Assembly: GCA_035308825.1 (NCBI GenBank)
Contig: DATGFX010000086.1
Coordinates: 20,283-84,282 of the forward strand
From: Terracidiphilus sp.
Lineage (GTDB): Bacteria > Acidobacteriota > Terriglobia > Terriglobales > Acidobacteriaceae
DNA: 64,000 bases
Reading direction: 5' to 3'
A program made the translations under genes and the position numbers. The notes below the pieces were generated by a model, which ran no database searches, had not been told where the DNA came from, and saw only the letters and a program-made list of their open reading frames with translations. Below, piece by piece: positions 30,615-40,127 of the stretch; positions within the stretch are counted from its first letter, which is position 1, and every line of letters begins with the position of its first letter.

Positions 30615-30811
30615 TGCAACGTTCTATCACTAACTTTGCACACATTAATAGCGAAAACCGCCGTAGGATTCTACGCAGTTGGAAGCGATGTGACCTTGCC
30701 GCGCCGGATCTGCCCTCCTCCAAGAATCAAGTTCCGGCGCGGCTTCTTGTTTTGAGCCGCCTCGCCCCCTATTGACCAACAAGAAGCAGAACATGTAGAG
30801 GAGCCGCAGCG

Positions 30812-31927
30812 ATGATCATCGGCGTTCCCAGGGAGATCAAAGACAACGAAGCACGGGTGGGGGTGACTCCGGCGGGAGTAAAGGCACTTGCCGAGGCCGG
30901 GCACAAGGTCCTGGTTGAAACCAATGCCGGCGCATTGTCGGGCTTCGAGGATGCCGAATATCAGAACGCCGGCGCAGAGATTGTGGGAGATGCCGGTCAC
31001 GTCTGGGGCAAGTCCGAGATGGTGGTCAAGGTGAAGGAGCCGATCGAGAAGGAGTATCCATTCTTTCGCGAAGGCCTTGTGCTGTTCACCTATTTGCACC
31101 TGGCGCCGGTTCCGGATCTCACCGACAAGCTGCTCGAGTCGAAGATGATTGGGATCGCGTATGAAACCGTGCGCGACCGCCAGAGGACTTTGCCGCTGCT
31201 GACGCCGATGAGCGAAGTGGCGGGCAGAATGAGCGTGCAGGTGGGCGCGAACTATCTCGAGAAGGAACGCGGCGGCCGCGGCATTCTGCTGGGTGGGGTA
31301 CCAGGAGTTCCACCGGCTCACGTCACCATCATTGGTGGAGGCATCGTAGGCACCAATGCGGCTCGCATTGCGCTGGGATTCGGCGCCAAGGTCACGCTGG
31401 TGGACTTGAACTTGAACCGGCTGCGCGAACTTGATGATATTTTCGGCGGGCGCCTCTACACACTGGCTTCCAACAGCTACAACATCGCGCAGGCGACCCG
31501 AGAAGCCGATCTCGTGATTGGCGGCGTGCTGATTCCGGGCGCAACCGCGCCGAAGCTCGTGACGCGGGCCATGGTGTCGCAGATGAAGAAGGGCGCGGTG
31601 ATCGTGGATGTGGCGATCGACCAGGGAGGATGCGTGGAGACCGCGAAGCCGACGTCGCATTCGAATCCAAGCTTCGTGGTGGATGGGGTGGTGCATTACT
31701 GCGTGACGAACATGCCGGGCGCGGTGCCGCACACTTCGACGCTGGCTCTTACGAATTCGACGTTTCCCTATGTTCTGCGGCTGGCGAATCTGGGCGCGCG
31801 CGAAGCCCTCGCGAAAGACCCCGGATTTGCAGAGGGCCTCAACACATGGGAGGGCAAGATCACCTATCGGGGGGTGGCCGATAGCCAGCACCGCGAGTGG
31901 ACCGATCCGGCGAGTGTGCTGGGATAG
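30812..31927 (+). CDS. ald: Alanine dehydrogenase
   Basis: [77 protein letters not shown]. Confidence 0.98.
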   Translation: MIIGVPREIKDNEARVGVTPAGVKALAEAGHKVLVETNAGALSGFEDAEYQNAGAEIVGDAGHVWGKSEMVVKVKEPIEKEYPFFREGLVLFTYLHLAPVPDLTDKLLESKMIGIAYETVRDRQRTLPLLTPMSEVAGRMSVQVGANYLEKERGGRGILLGGVPGVPPAHVTIIGGGIVGTNAARIALGFGAKVTLVDLNLNRLRELDDIFGGRLYTLASNSYNIAQATREADLVIGGVLIPGATAPKLVTRAMVSQMKKGAVIVDVAIDQGGCVETAKPTSHSNPSFVVDGVVHYCVTNMPGAVPHTSTLALTNSTFPYVLRLANLGAREALAKDPGFAEGLNTWEGKITYRGVADSQHREWTDPASVLG

Positions 31928-32004
31928 CTTCCAGCTTCAGGGAAGCCGGCGTCGGTGCCGGAAAAACTCCCGGCGAGATGATCACCACCAAGATCGAGGT
32001 TGGG

Positions 32005-34245
32005 TTAAAAGTTCCGAACCATCCAAGCATTGTTATCGCCCGGAGTGGGCATCTCCAAAATCCCCTGCCGCCCATCGGGAGACTGAATGAAGAAAGTAAA
32101 ATAAGAATTCTTTTGCCCTTGAATGACCACTTTTTGCTTCCCTGCCTCACTGAGGGCGAGGATCACCGGGACGCCCGCCGGTGTGACGCTCCGAACAAAG
32201 ACTCTGGAGCCATCGGATGACCAATCGATGTTAAACACGGGCCAGTCGTTCAGAGTTACCTCGTGAGCGACGCCGGTATCCGGTGCGAGAAATCGAATTC
32301 GATGCATGTCGACGACGAGGGCCAGGCGCGATCCATCTGGAGACAGACTCCAGTGGGATAGGCCACTCGGAATTTTCGTGATCTCGCGGCCTCGACCGTG
32401 CACGAGATCGAACGAGACGAGAATGTGTTCGGATCCGACAAGTTTGCTGAAAATGCACATTTGGGATGGAGCCCGGGCACACTGGTAATTGGTGATCCCG
32501 TTGTCACGGAGAACTAGCCGGGGAGGCCCTCCCGCCAAGGGCTTGGACATCAAGGATGCAGGGATCGAGGGATCGCCTGGCTGTGATTCGACAAGATAGA
32601 GCAGGTGCAAACCATCCGCGCTTAAACGCGGGAAGCGCATACCACGCCCTTCAACGAGGACCTCGGGAGTGAGCTCCTCGATGTTCTGCTTGAAAAGTTT
32701 CCAGGTTCCACTCCGATCGGAAACGAAAAGGACGGCTTTGCTGTCAGCGGTCCATGCCGTCGCCACACTTTCGTTGATGTCCAGGGTCAGACGGCGAGGC
32801 GTCTTCCACCGGTGCTTGCCTGGATCGAGTTCGGTGATGAATACCTGACGAGTTGTATTTCCCCTCGATATCACAAGCTGTTTTCCATCCGAGGTGGCGC
32901 TCAACGCACCAATCCACCCCTGGCCCTCGGTAACTGGTTGGGGTGGGGCGATGGCCTTTCCCGTACGCTCGTCCATCGCGATGGACTGAATGCCCATATC
33001 TTCTCGTTCGCTCCTTCGATCAGGCAGATAGGAGAAGAGAATACGTCCATCCGCATCCCACCATAAGGCCGGTCGCAACCGGGAATCATCCTGCAGCACA
33101 ACCTGCAAGTTGCCACCATTCGCATCGCGGGTGAGGAGCGAGTTAGCAAACTGCGGGGGATCGGGTGTTTCGAGGTGGGACTCGACGTAGGCAAGATGTG
33201 TGCCATTTGGTGACCAGGCGGGGCGTTGGATCCAACCATCCCCCAGGCTTGCCTCGTCGGCCTTTCTCGCCGAGGCTACCCTTCGTGCGTTCGCACCGTC
33301 GGAGTCCATGACCCAGAGTTCGCTTCCGAACTTAGGCCCAGGCGAATAAGCGATCCGGGATCCGTCCGGGGACACTGCTCCCTGAGCCGCATCATCGATG
33401 AGCTTTTTGGGTTCGCTGCCCAGGAGGGAAAGCGTCCAAAGGCTGAGCGTTCCGGATACTCCTTCTCTCCGAGTCACGAGCAGATGAATATTGTCGGGGA
33501 ACCAGTCATCAGGCCAGGCATCGAAGTCTTTCGGCAGGCTCCATGCGCGGGTTTCGCTGCTCGCGATTTGGCGAAGGTAGAGACCCGAATTGTCATGAAA
33601 GGCGAGATACTTGCCATCGCGCGACACCACTGCAGCTTCAACAGGCGCCTCAGGTGGATTCGAGGTGATTCGCTCCTCGGTCGAGAGGTGTGCAAGGACA
33701 GGCCTGTGCGCATCGCGCGTGCTGGCGGCCTGACGGATCAAAAAGCCCGCTACGACGAATCCGACTGCCAAGATGCACAGTGCGGCGGAGGACAGGCCGG
33801 ACAGCCTTTTTCGCGCCGGGTCAAATTGTGGCTTGAGCTGCAGGTCTTCGTTGTGGCGATCGTTGCTCACAATCGCCGGTGGAAGATGGGTTTCTTCCGG
33901 CGTGAGCCCGCCTTCTTCTGTCGTGGTGACCTCGCACAGAAATCGATAGCCTACTGTGGGCACTGTCGCGATAAATCGAGGCTCCCGGCTGTCATCTCCA
34001 AGCAGCCGGCGCAATGTGGCGATGCTGCGCGTGAGGGAGTTGTCAGAAACGGCTGCATCGCGCCAAGCAGCCGTCATGATCTCGTCCTTGGTGACCAGGC
34101 GGCCCGGATTTCGGAGCAGGTATATCAGCACACGGAAGGCGGTCGGCTCAACACTGACGGTCCGGCCGTCGCGGGCAAAGGCAAATTCACTTTCCCGCAG
34201 GACGATGCCTTCGAATTTAAAGATGAACGATTTGTGTTCGGCCAC
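32005..34245 (-). CDS. Transmembrane regulator: OmpR/CadC-type winged helix, TM, PD40/TolB-like beta-propeller
   Basis: Start moved to GTG 34245 (MAEHKSFIFKF, GAGG at 7 nt); VLIYLLRNPGRLVTKDEI...NSLTRSIATLRRLLGD...FIATVPTVGYRF; one TM; repeated SPDG/WSPNG blades. Confidence 0.88.
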   Translation of the reverse strand: MAEHKSFIFKFEGIVLRESEFAFARDGRTVSVEPTAFRVLIYLLRNPGRLVTKDEIMTAAWRDAAVSDNSLTRSIATLRRLLGDDSREPRFIATVPTVGYRFLCEVTTTEEGGLTPEETHLPPAIVSNDRHNEDLQLKPQFDPARKRLSGLSSAALCILAVGFVVAGFLIRQAASTRDAHRPVLAHLSTEERITSNPPEAPVEAAVVSRDGKYLAFHDNSGLYLRQIASSETRAWSLPKDFDAWPDDWFPDNIHLLVTRREGVSGTLSLWTLSLLGSEPKKLIDDAAQGAVSPDGSRIAYSPGPKFGSELWVMDSDGANARRVASARKADEASLGDGWIQRPAWSPNGTHLAYVESHLETPDPPQFANSLLTRDANGGNLQVVLQDDSRLRPALWWDADGRILFSYLPDRRSEREDMGIQSIAMDERTGKAIAPPQPVTEGQGWIGALSATSDGKQLVISRGNTTRQVFITELDPGKHRWKTPRRLTLDINESVATAWTADSKAVLFVSDRSGTWKLFKQNIEELTPEVLVEGRGMRFPRLSADGLHLLYLVESQPGDPSIPASLMSKPLAGGPPRLVLRDNGITNYQCARAPSQMCIFSKLVGSEHILVSFDLVHGRGREITKIPSGLSHWSLSPDGSRLALVVDMHRIRFLAPDTGVAHEVTLNDWPVFNIDWSSDGSRVFVRSVTPAGVPVILALSEAGKQKVVIQGQKNSYFTFFIQSPDGRQGILEMPTPGDNNAWMVRNF

Positions 34246-34534
34246 AGGCAAGACCTCTGATGCGGGAGATCTTCCCATGCGAGTGGAGCAAATGAGGTGC
34301 CATCGAGATTCGTCACTAAGTTGTGGATACAGCTTATGAATGCTCGGGCAAATTCTTGAGTCAATGTCCGGTTTGAGGTCCAAACGTCCAGAAACGGACG
34401 TCGAGCAGCGACCATCTCGGGCAGGTATCTTTCGACACCTGGGGCAATTTTGAAGCGTGTGCCGGAGTATCGTCGGCGATTCAAGAAGCGTTCCAGTGAC
34501 ACGTTGGAAGCGCATGGCAACGCGAACCGCAAGC

Positions 34535-37500
34535 TCACGGCGTTATGTCTACGGTAAGACTTGTCGACGTAGCCGAGCCTGCCACCATGATGGTGACGGT
34601 CGAAACTCCAATGGGCGTTGTCGGGTTGCTTGTCGTCTTGCCCGAGCCTCCACCACCACATCCCCACAGCATGAGCGTGCAGGTGGCAAGGACAACTGCG
34701 ATCAGGTTCTTGCAGAGACCGCGGCGACGCCGAAAGGCCACCAGAAACACTGCCGCCAGGGCGAGGTAGCGGACTGGTTGCCCGCCGACCGAAAGCAAAG
34801 CCTGCGGCACAGCGACGTTGGTGGAAATGGTGACAGTGGTTTGCTGCGCAGCCTGGCTTGATGAGGTGAATACAAGCGACGCGGGCGAGAAGGCGCAGGC
34901 GGAGTTGGCCGGTAATCCGGAACACGCAAAGGTTATCGTTCCGTTATAAGCGCCTACCGGGGTCACAGTAATCGTTGCGGACCCGCTGCCTCCCTGAGCG
35001 ATGCTGATCGATGAGGGATTCGCGAATATTTGAAGTGTGGCTGCGGCCACGGTCAGGGAAATCGCGGTACTCGTCGATGGGGCATTCAGGGCATCCCCGC
35101 TATAGGATGCCGTAATGGAGTGAGAGCCTGCGCTCAGGTCACTGACGGACAAGGTAGCGACGCCCTCGGTCAGAGTGCCGGCGCCGAGAGCGGTGGTCCC
35201 ATCCTGAAATTTGACGGTTCCGGTCGCGGTGGCTGGAGAAACCGTCGCGGTGAGTGTGATGGGAGTGCCAACGGGCGCCGACAATGGTCCGGCGCTGAGA
35301 GACGTTGTCGTGGCTTGCAGCGTCGGAGCCGGATTGTTCTGATTCAGAAGAGAACTCAGCCCGGATGTTGAGCTGACGAGAAGGTCGAGATATTGTTTGC
35401 TCCCGGAAGCGATTTCATTATGGTTGATTTTGGTGAGGAAGAACCCTGTCGCATCGCTGGGTAGCTGAACATATCGATTCGAATCAGAGGTGAAGTTGCC
35501 TGACCCCTGATTGAGCAACAAGATCGGACTCCCATCGAGGACCGCAATATCGGGCAATCCATCCCCGTTTACGTCTCCAATTTGCACCGGGCCGCTTAGG
35601 TTCTGGGGGCTTGTATACACAGGCGCTGCAGAGAACGTTCCGTTGCCTGCCCCAGCGTAGACCTGGATATCGTTAGGCGTAGCGCAGACAAGATCGGGGA
35701 TGACGTCGCCCGTGACATCCGCGACGGCAATGCTGGAGGCATAGATAGAGAGGAACTGGGTCATGGCGGAAAACGTCCCGTTCCCGTTGCCAAGATAGGA
35801 AATTACCGTGCCGCTCCCGTCCGAGATCACAAGATCGAGTTTGCCATCGCCGTTGAGATCAGCGGCAACAACCGCGGTTGGATCGATTTCGAGTAATGCA
35901 ATGTCCGATGGCGTGCCAAACGTTCCATCGCCGTTCCCAGGAAGGAAGAACGCGCCACCCTCTCCTAGTCCGGCCTCCGTACCTGGAACCGAATAGGTGA
36001 AAACGAGGTCCTGTTTGCCATCACCGTTGAAATCGCCCGAAACGGCGCCCGTAATCGTGGCATGCGGAAGAGTGAAAGTATTGAGAAACGTGAGGGTGCC
36101 ATCCCCATTACCGCGATAGGAGAAGACCTGGGCAGTCCCCGGGCCGCAAATCTCCGCACAACCAGCGATCCCGGGGTCAATCGATACGACGTCTGTGTGA
36201 GAATCGCCATTAAAATCGGCCGCAACCACCAGATAACCGCTGTCTGTTGAGCCCCCGGTCGCCGTGGGAGCGGCCGTGAACCGGCCGTCCCCAGTGGAAA
36301 GATAAACTTGCGGGGCTCCAGCAAAGACCGCGTTCTTGATGATTGCATCGGGCAAGCCGTCGCCGTTCATATCTGCTGTCGCAGCGCCTGTATTCGACGC
36401 GACCGTAAAAGGGCCGGTGTTAAAGTTTCCTCCACCGGTTCCGGCAACAAAAGTGAATTCACTGTCGCCGACGCCGAAGTCTATCGCGACGATATCCGGA
36501 ATGCCATCTCCGTTGACGTCCGCGACCACAAAGCCGTTGTCGGGTGCATAGGCCCACCCGACCGGCGGATTAAACGAGCCGGAGTTGTTGAGACTCGAAA
36601 CTTCGAAGCCGTCAACGGCGCCGAGAGAGTTCACTGTGGACAGCAGGTCGGGAGTGCTGTTGCTTCCCAGCGGGATTGCATTCAGCGCCCCGACGTGGAA
36701 GCCGTCGCCGGAGATGGCAACGGGAGAGGATGTGAGGCCTGAAGAGCTGCCCTTGATCCAATACAGGGAACCTGTGGGATCATTTCCGGGCAAAATATCC
36801 TCTTGCACATAGGCGAGATCGGAGTAGCCATCGTTGTTGAAATCACCCAATGCGAAGTAACCAACCCCGCTGGGAAGAGGTTGCTCCGGCTGAAAGGTGC
36901 CGTTGCCATTGCCGAGTACGTACCCCGATCCGAAGACGAGATCCTGGATACCGTCGCCGTTGACGTCGGCCGCTGCAATGTCGTAGACCCCGGGGCTTTG
37001 CGTAACCGGCACAGCGAATTGGCCGTTGTTCTGGTTGAGCGAGATCGCATAACCGGATTCCACTGCAATCGCGAGGTCCGGGAGCCCGTCGCCATTGAAG
37101 TCAGCCAGAGTCATGGCAGTTACGAGAGAAGGATTGAGCGACATCGGAGAACGAACCGGCGCCTGAAATGTGCCGTCCCCGTTGCCAAGAAACGCTTCGA
37201 GGAATCCTTCATGGCAGAACACGACCAGATCGAGTTTCTTGTCCTGGTTCACGTCCGCAGCGGCCATCAACCGAGGGGTGCATTGAGTCAGCAGCGTCCC
37301 CACCTGTTGGGGAGCCCCACTCGACTGCCCGAAGACTACCACCAGGTAATCTGGTGGGACAGGGGTTTGGTTTGCGTTGTAGGGCTCCAAGATATAAGCA
37401 AAATCGAGCTTGTTGTCGCCATTGAAGTCGCCCGAGACTCCCGCGCCCGACAAACCAGCGCCGACCGGCATGTAAGAGCAGTTGGAACCACAACCAGCCG

Positions 37501-37609
37501 GCGGCTGGTACACCGGAAAGGTTTGTTCAACTTGAAAAACTCCCTGAGCGGCAGCAGTGAGTGTTGAAGACACCAAGAGCAAGAAAACAGCAAGCGTACG
37601 AGCAGGCAT
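34535..37609 (-). CDS. Secreted FG-GAP/VCBS repeat protein with bacterial Ig-like domains and C-terminal membrane/lipobox module
   Basis: ATG 37609 with GGAGG; signal peptide; 12 clear D(F/V/L/M)xxDG-type Ca-binding repeats; Big_3-like domain (TTTSLSA...TLTATVSP.TATGTVKFQDG...HSITASYSGD); TM-RRRR-hydrophobic-LWGC tail. Confidence 0.9.
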   Translation of the reverse strand: MPARTLAVFLLLVSSTLTAAAQGVFQVEQTFPVYQPPAGCGSNCSYMPVGAGLSGAGVSGDFNGDNKLDFAYILEPYNANQTPVPPDYLVVVFGQSSGAPQQVGTLLTQCTPRLMAAADVNQDKKLDLVVFCHEGFLEAFLGNGDGTFQAPVRSPMSLNPSLVTAMTLADFNGDGLPDLAIAVESGYAISLNQNNGQFAVPVTQSPGVYDIAAADVNGDGIQDLVFGSGYVLGNGNGTFQPEQPLPSGVGYFALGDFNNDGYSDLAYVQEDILPGNDPTGSLYWIKGSSSGLTSSPVAISGDGFHVGALNAIPLGSNSTPDLLSTVNSLGAVDGFEVSSLNNSGSFNPPVGWAYAPDNGFVVADVNGDGIPDIVAIDFGVGDSEFTFVAGTGGGNFNTGPFTVASNTGAATADMNGDGLPDAIIKNAVFAGAPQVYLSTGDGRFTAAPTATGGSTDSGYLVVAADFNGDSHTDVVSIDPGIAGCAEICGPGTAQVFSYRGNGDGTLTFLNTFTLPHATITGAVSGDFNGDGKQDLVFTYSVPGTEAGLGEGGAFFLPGNGDGTFGTPSDIALLEIDPTAVVAADLNGDGKLDLVISDGSGTVISYLGNGNGTFSAMTQFLSIYASSIAVADVTGDVIPDLVCATPNDIQVYAGAGNGTFSAAPVYTSPQNLSGPVQIGDVNGDGLPDIAVLDGSPILLLNQGSGNFTSDSNRYVQLPSDATGFFLTKINHNEIASGSKQYLDLLVSSTSGLSSLLNQNNPAPTLQATTTSLSAGPLSAPVGTPITLTATVSPATATGTVKFQDGTTALGAGTLTEGVATLSVSDLSAGSHSITASYSGDALNAPSTSTAISLTVAAATLQIFANPSSISIAQGGSGSATITVTPVGAYNGTITFACSGLPANSACAFSPASLVFTSSSQAAQQTTVTISTNVAVPQALLSVGGQPVRYLALAAVFLVAFRRRRGLCKNLIAVVLATCTLMLWGCGGGGSGKTTSNPTTPIGVSTVTIMVAGSATSTSLTVDITP

Positions 37610-38131
37610 CGACTTACCTCCAAAGATTGGGAGCAGCATGGTGTTGGGTCGATCTGATGCTTGAAATACTGCTGTTCGATCGTGGTGTAAGGGCAGCAAT
37701 TACCAAGACAGCTGCCCTAAGCAAACGTTCCATTCGCGCCGCGCCGGAATTGGCGAGGTCCCATAAAGAAGGTTGAATTCGTTGCGCAGATGCTGAGGCT
37801 TCGGCTTACTGTCAGTTAGCCTGCTTTACGCTCTGCCGGTAAGTCTCAAACCCATGCGCCGTTTCTATCTTTCGGGCCGTTCTATTTCTTGGAGCGGGCG
37901 CTCTTGCGGGCGACGATCACTGAAACTTCGCCACCCTCTCAGGTCTGGCAGAGAGTGTGCCACCATCTCCTTGAACCGATCAAGCGCAATCAAACGGGAT
38001 GGCATCCACCGGCGAATCGGAACTGTGATGAATTTTCGACAGGCTTTACCGAAGGAATGCCAGAGGTTCGCTGGCTTTTCGCGCGCGGACAGAAGACCAG
38101 CGGGTGTGACCGAATCGGCTCGGTCGACTCG

Positions 38132-38166
38132 GGGAGTCAGCTATGAGCCTGGGAGTCAGCTATGAG
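38132..38166. repeat. 16-bp direct repeat, two copies, period 19
   Basis: GGGAGTCAGCTATGAG at 38132-38147 and 38151-38166. Confidence 0.8.
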
Positions 38167-38210
38167 GCACCCTAGATCCATCCATCTCTACAACAGCGCG
38201 CAGCTTTGCC

Positions 38211-39494
38211 TCACCACATCGTCAGATTGACCTTATCGACCCATTCGTGAAGCGGGGTACCGCTCGTGTCCTGGTCCAGTTGGAATTGGAGGCCGATCTG
38301 ATCTGGCCAAGTGGTACTGTTGACGTTCCAGGTCTGATTGAGGCCGTAAGGTGTCCCATCGAAGACCAGGGTATCGTAGCGATACTGCGTGGCATTATTG
38401 ATGAGCTCATCGTACTCCTGGACGTGATGCCAGCCCGGCGTCCAGTGGGGACAGGCGATCCCATTGAGTACCCATCGAGCGCCGTCGCTATCCCAGGTGG
38501 CCCAGTAGCCGTCTCCGAAGTCGCACTGGCTGCCGATCATAAATTCTTTGCCTGACAGAACCACGTAGAAATCGAGTTCCGAAGACCAGAAGTGGGCTTC
38601 AGCGGCTGGGTCGTGGTAGACCCAGAAGTCCCACAAAAAATGGGTATTGGAAGTCGTGCCCGCCATGATGTCCTTGAACAGAACGTTGCTCCATTGCGGC
38701 CCGCCGGCGTACATCTCAAGGCTGCTGCCGCTCAGCGAGGGCTCGCTCTGGTCAAATGTCATCGTGTAGTTGTTGGTGATGTTGGTCCCCGCCGCGCACT
38801 GGCTGCAGATGCTCCAGTTGGCGGCAACGTTCTGCATCTCCGTTTGCACGGTTGCGTTTGCAGGTGGGGTGGGCAGCGAAGTGGTGCTGGTGGGTGGCGT
38901 TCCGACCTGAATCAGCCTGATTTCAGATCTGTCGGAATCGGCCTTGGAGTCTGTAACGCTCGCCCAGAGAAGATGCTGACCAGAGGGAATGGTTATCGCC
39001 TGGGAGATGGAAGTTGCCGGGTTATTCGCCTGATAGACGGCTTGACCGTCGAGGCAAACCGTCCACTGAGTAATGGCGGCGGAGGCGTATGCGGTTGCAT
39101 TCACCGTGACGTTGCCTGGATTCTCACCGGGTGCGGGTGTTTGCAACCAGATGCCGCTTATCGAGCCATTTTGGTTGTTATATCCCGATTCCGCTCCGCC
39201 ACATCCCTGACTGGCGTTGCTCGGTGATCCGCCAATGACTGTCCCACCGCCGCTGCCGGACCCGCCGCCGGAGCCTGATCCGCCACTTCCTGATCCGCCA
39301 CCGGAGCCTGATCCGCCACCGGAGCCTGCACTGGCAGTCTTTGATGGTGAACCGCCGCACCCGACGATGAGCAGGAACTGGAGCGCCAAGGCGAAGGAGC
39401 AAAGAAGGGAAAGAGAAAGCCGAAGCAATGCGGTACCACTCCCGTGCAATATGGATGCGGCCTGGCGCGCTTGTTCTGTCTGATGGAACAGCAA
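38211..39494 (-). CDS. Lipoprotein with Gly/Ser linker, Ig-like domain and Trp-rich jelly-roll-like C-terminal domain
   Basis: Lipobox LIVGC followed by GG; (GSGGGS)n linker; beta-rich Trp/Asp-rich C-terminus (FLWDFWVY, YDTLVFDG, QFQLDQ). Start codon uncertain. Confidence 0.8.
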   Translation of the reverse strand: MLFHQTEQARQAASILHGSGTALLRLSLSLLCSFALALQFLLIVGCGGSPSKTASAGSGGGSGSGGGSGSGGSGSGGGSGSGGGTVIGGSPSNASQGCGGAESGYNNQNGSISGIWLQTPAPGENPGNVTVNATAYASAAITQWTVCLDGQAVYQANNPATSISQAITIPSGQHLLWASVTDSKADSDRSEIRLIQVGTPPTSTTSLPTPPANATVQTEMQNVAANWSICSQCAAGTNITNNYTMTFDQSEPSLSGSSLEMYAGGPQWSNVLFKDIMAGTTSNTHFLWDFWVYHDPAAEAHFWSSELDFYVVLSGKEFMIGSQCDFGDGYWATWDSDGARWVLNGIACPHWTPGWHHVQEYDELINNATQYRYDTLVFDGTPYGLNQTWNVNSTTWPDQIGLQFQLDQDTSGTPLHEWVDKVNLTMW

Positions 39495-39650
39495 TATTCG
39501 ACTGGCCCCGGGGTTTAGGTTGTTGACTCTGTCAGACGATGCTGGAGGATTCAGTTCTGGCGGGCTTGAGGTTCGGCGGGATGTTGCGGAGCGGATCGTA
39601 CTAGAAAAGGCCGGTGGAGAAGGAATAGCGGGATCTGGAATCCATTTCGC

Positions 39651-39682
39651 GGGTCAGCGAGTCAGCTGGTCGGCAAGTCAGC
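39651..39682. repeat. Octamer tandem repeat (nnGTCAGC)x4
   Basis: GGGTCAGC GAGTCAGC TGGTCGGC AAGTCAGC. Confidence 0.65.
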
Positions 39683-40112
39683 TCGATACCGGACTGATTT
39701 GATCGGGATGTCTCGCTGAAAATCAGGCAAATTTTTTGTGGAAAACCGCAAATAAACAAGGGGGGGAGGGGGGGTGGTAACGGTACCGACCAGACCCGAC
39801 ATTTTCAACCGGGACAAGGGAAAAATTGCCGGAGATGTGCCCGGTTTCAATGTGGCGGCCATTCAACCATGGCCTTACTCGCGCACCGCCGCTTGTGTGC
39901 CGCCTGTTCCGAGTTATCGGGGGACGCAATGCAAAGCTCTCCACCTTCATTGTGCGCACAGGCGAAGAGTTATCCGGCAACAGTGCGGCGGATTTTTTGC
40001 CAATGAAATGAAGATGATGGAAAAAAGATGAGGCGAGGGGCCTTGACGGATTCCATCGTTTCCCTGGCTGGCATGGAGCGTTGAAAAACGGTGCCCTTTT
40101 GCGGGGCGGAGA

Positions 40113-40121
40113 TGGTACTCT
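40113..40121 (+). promoter_or_regulatory. Extended -10 element, leaderless-type spacing
   Basis: TGgTACTCT ending 6 nt before GTG 40128. Confidence 0.5.
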
Positions 40122-40127
40122 GGCCGC

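Noticed and set aside
37738-37749. GCCGCGCCGGAA matching the ald-upstream stem arm
   Set aside because: A 12-mer of almost pure GC with no partner arm; likely chance.
39250-39330. 18-nt tandem repeats
   Set aside because: Encode the GSGGGS linker of the lipoprotein; not CRISPR, no spacers.
39826-40031. Short ORFs including MKMMEKR in the spacer before the cytochrome b gene
   Set aside because: No SD, no motif, no coding signal; cannot be supported as leader peptides.
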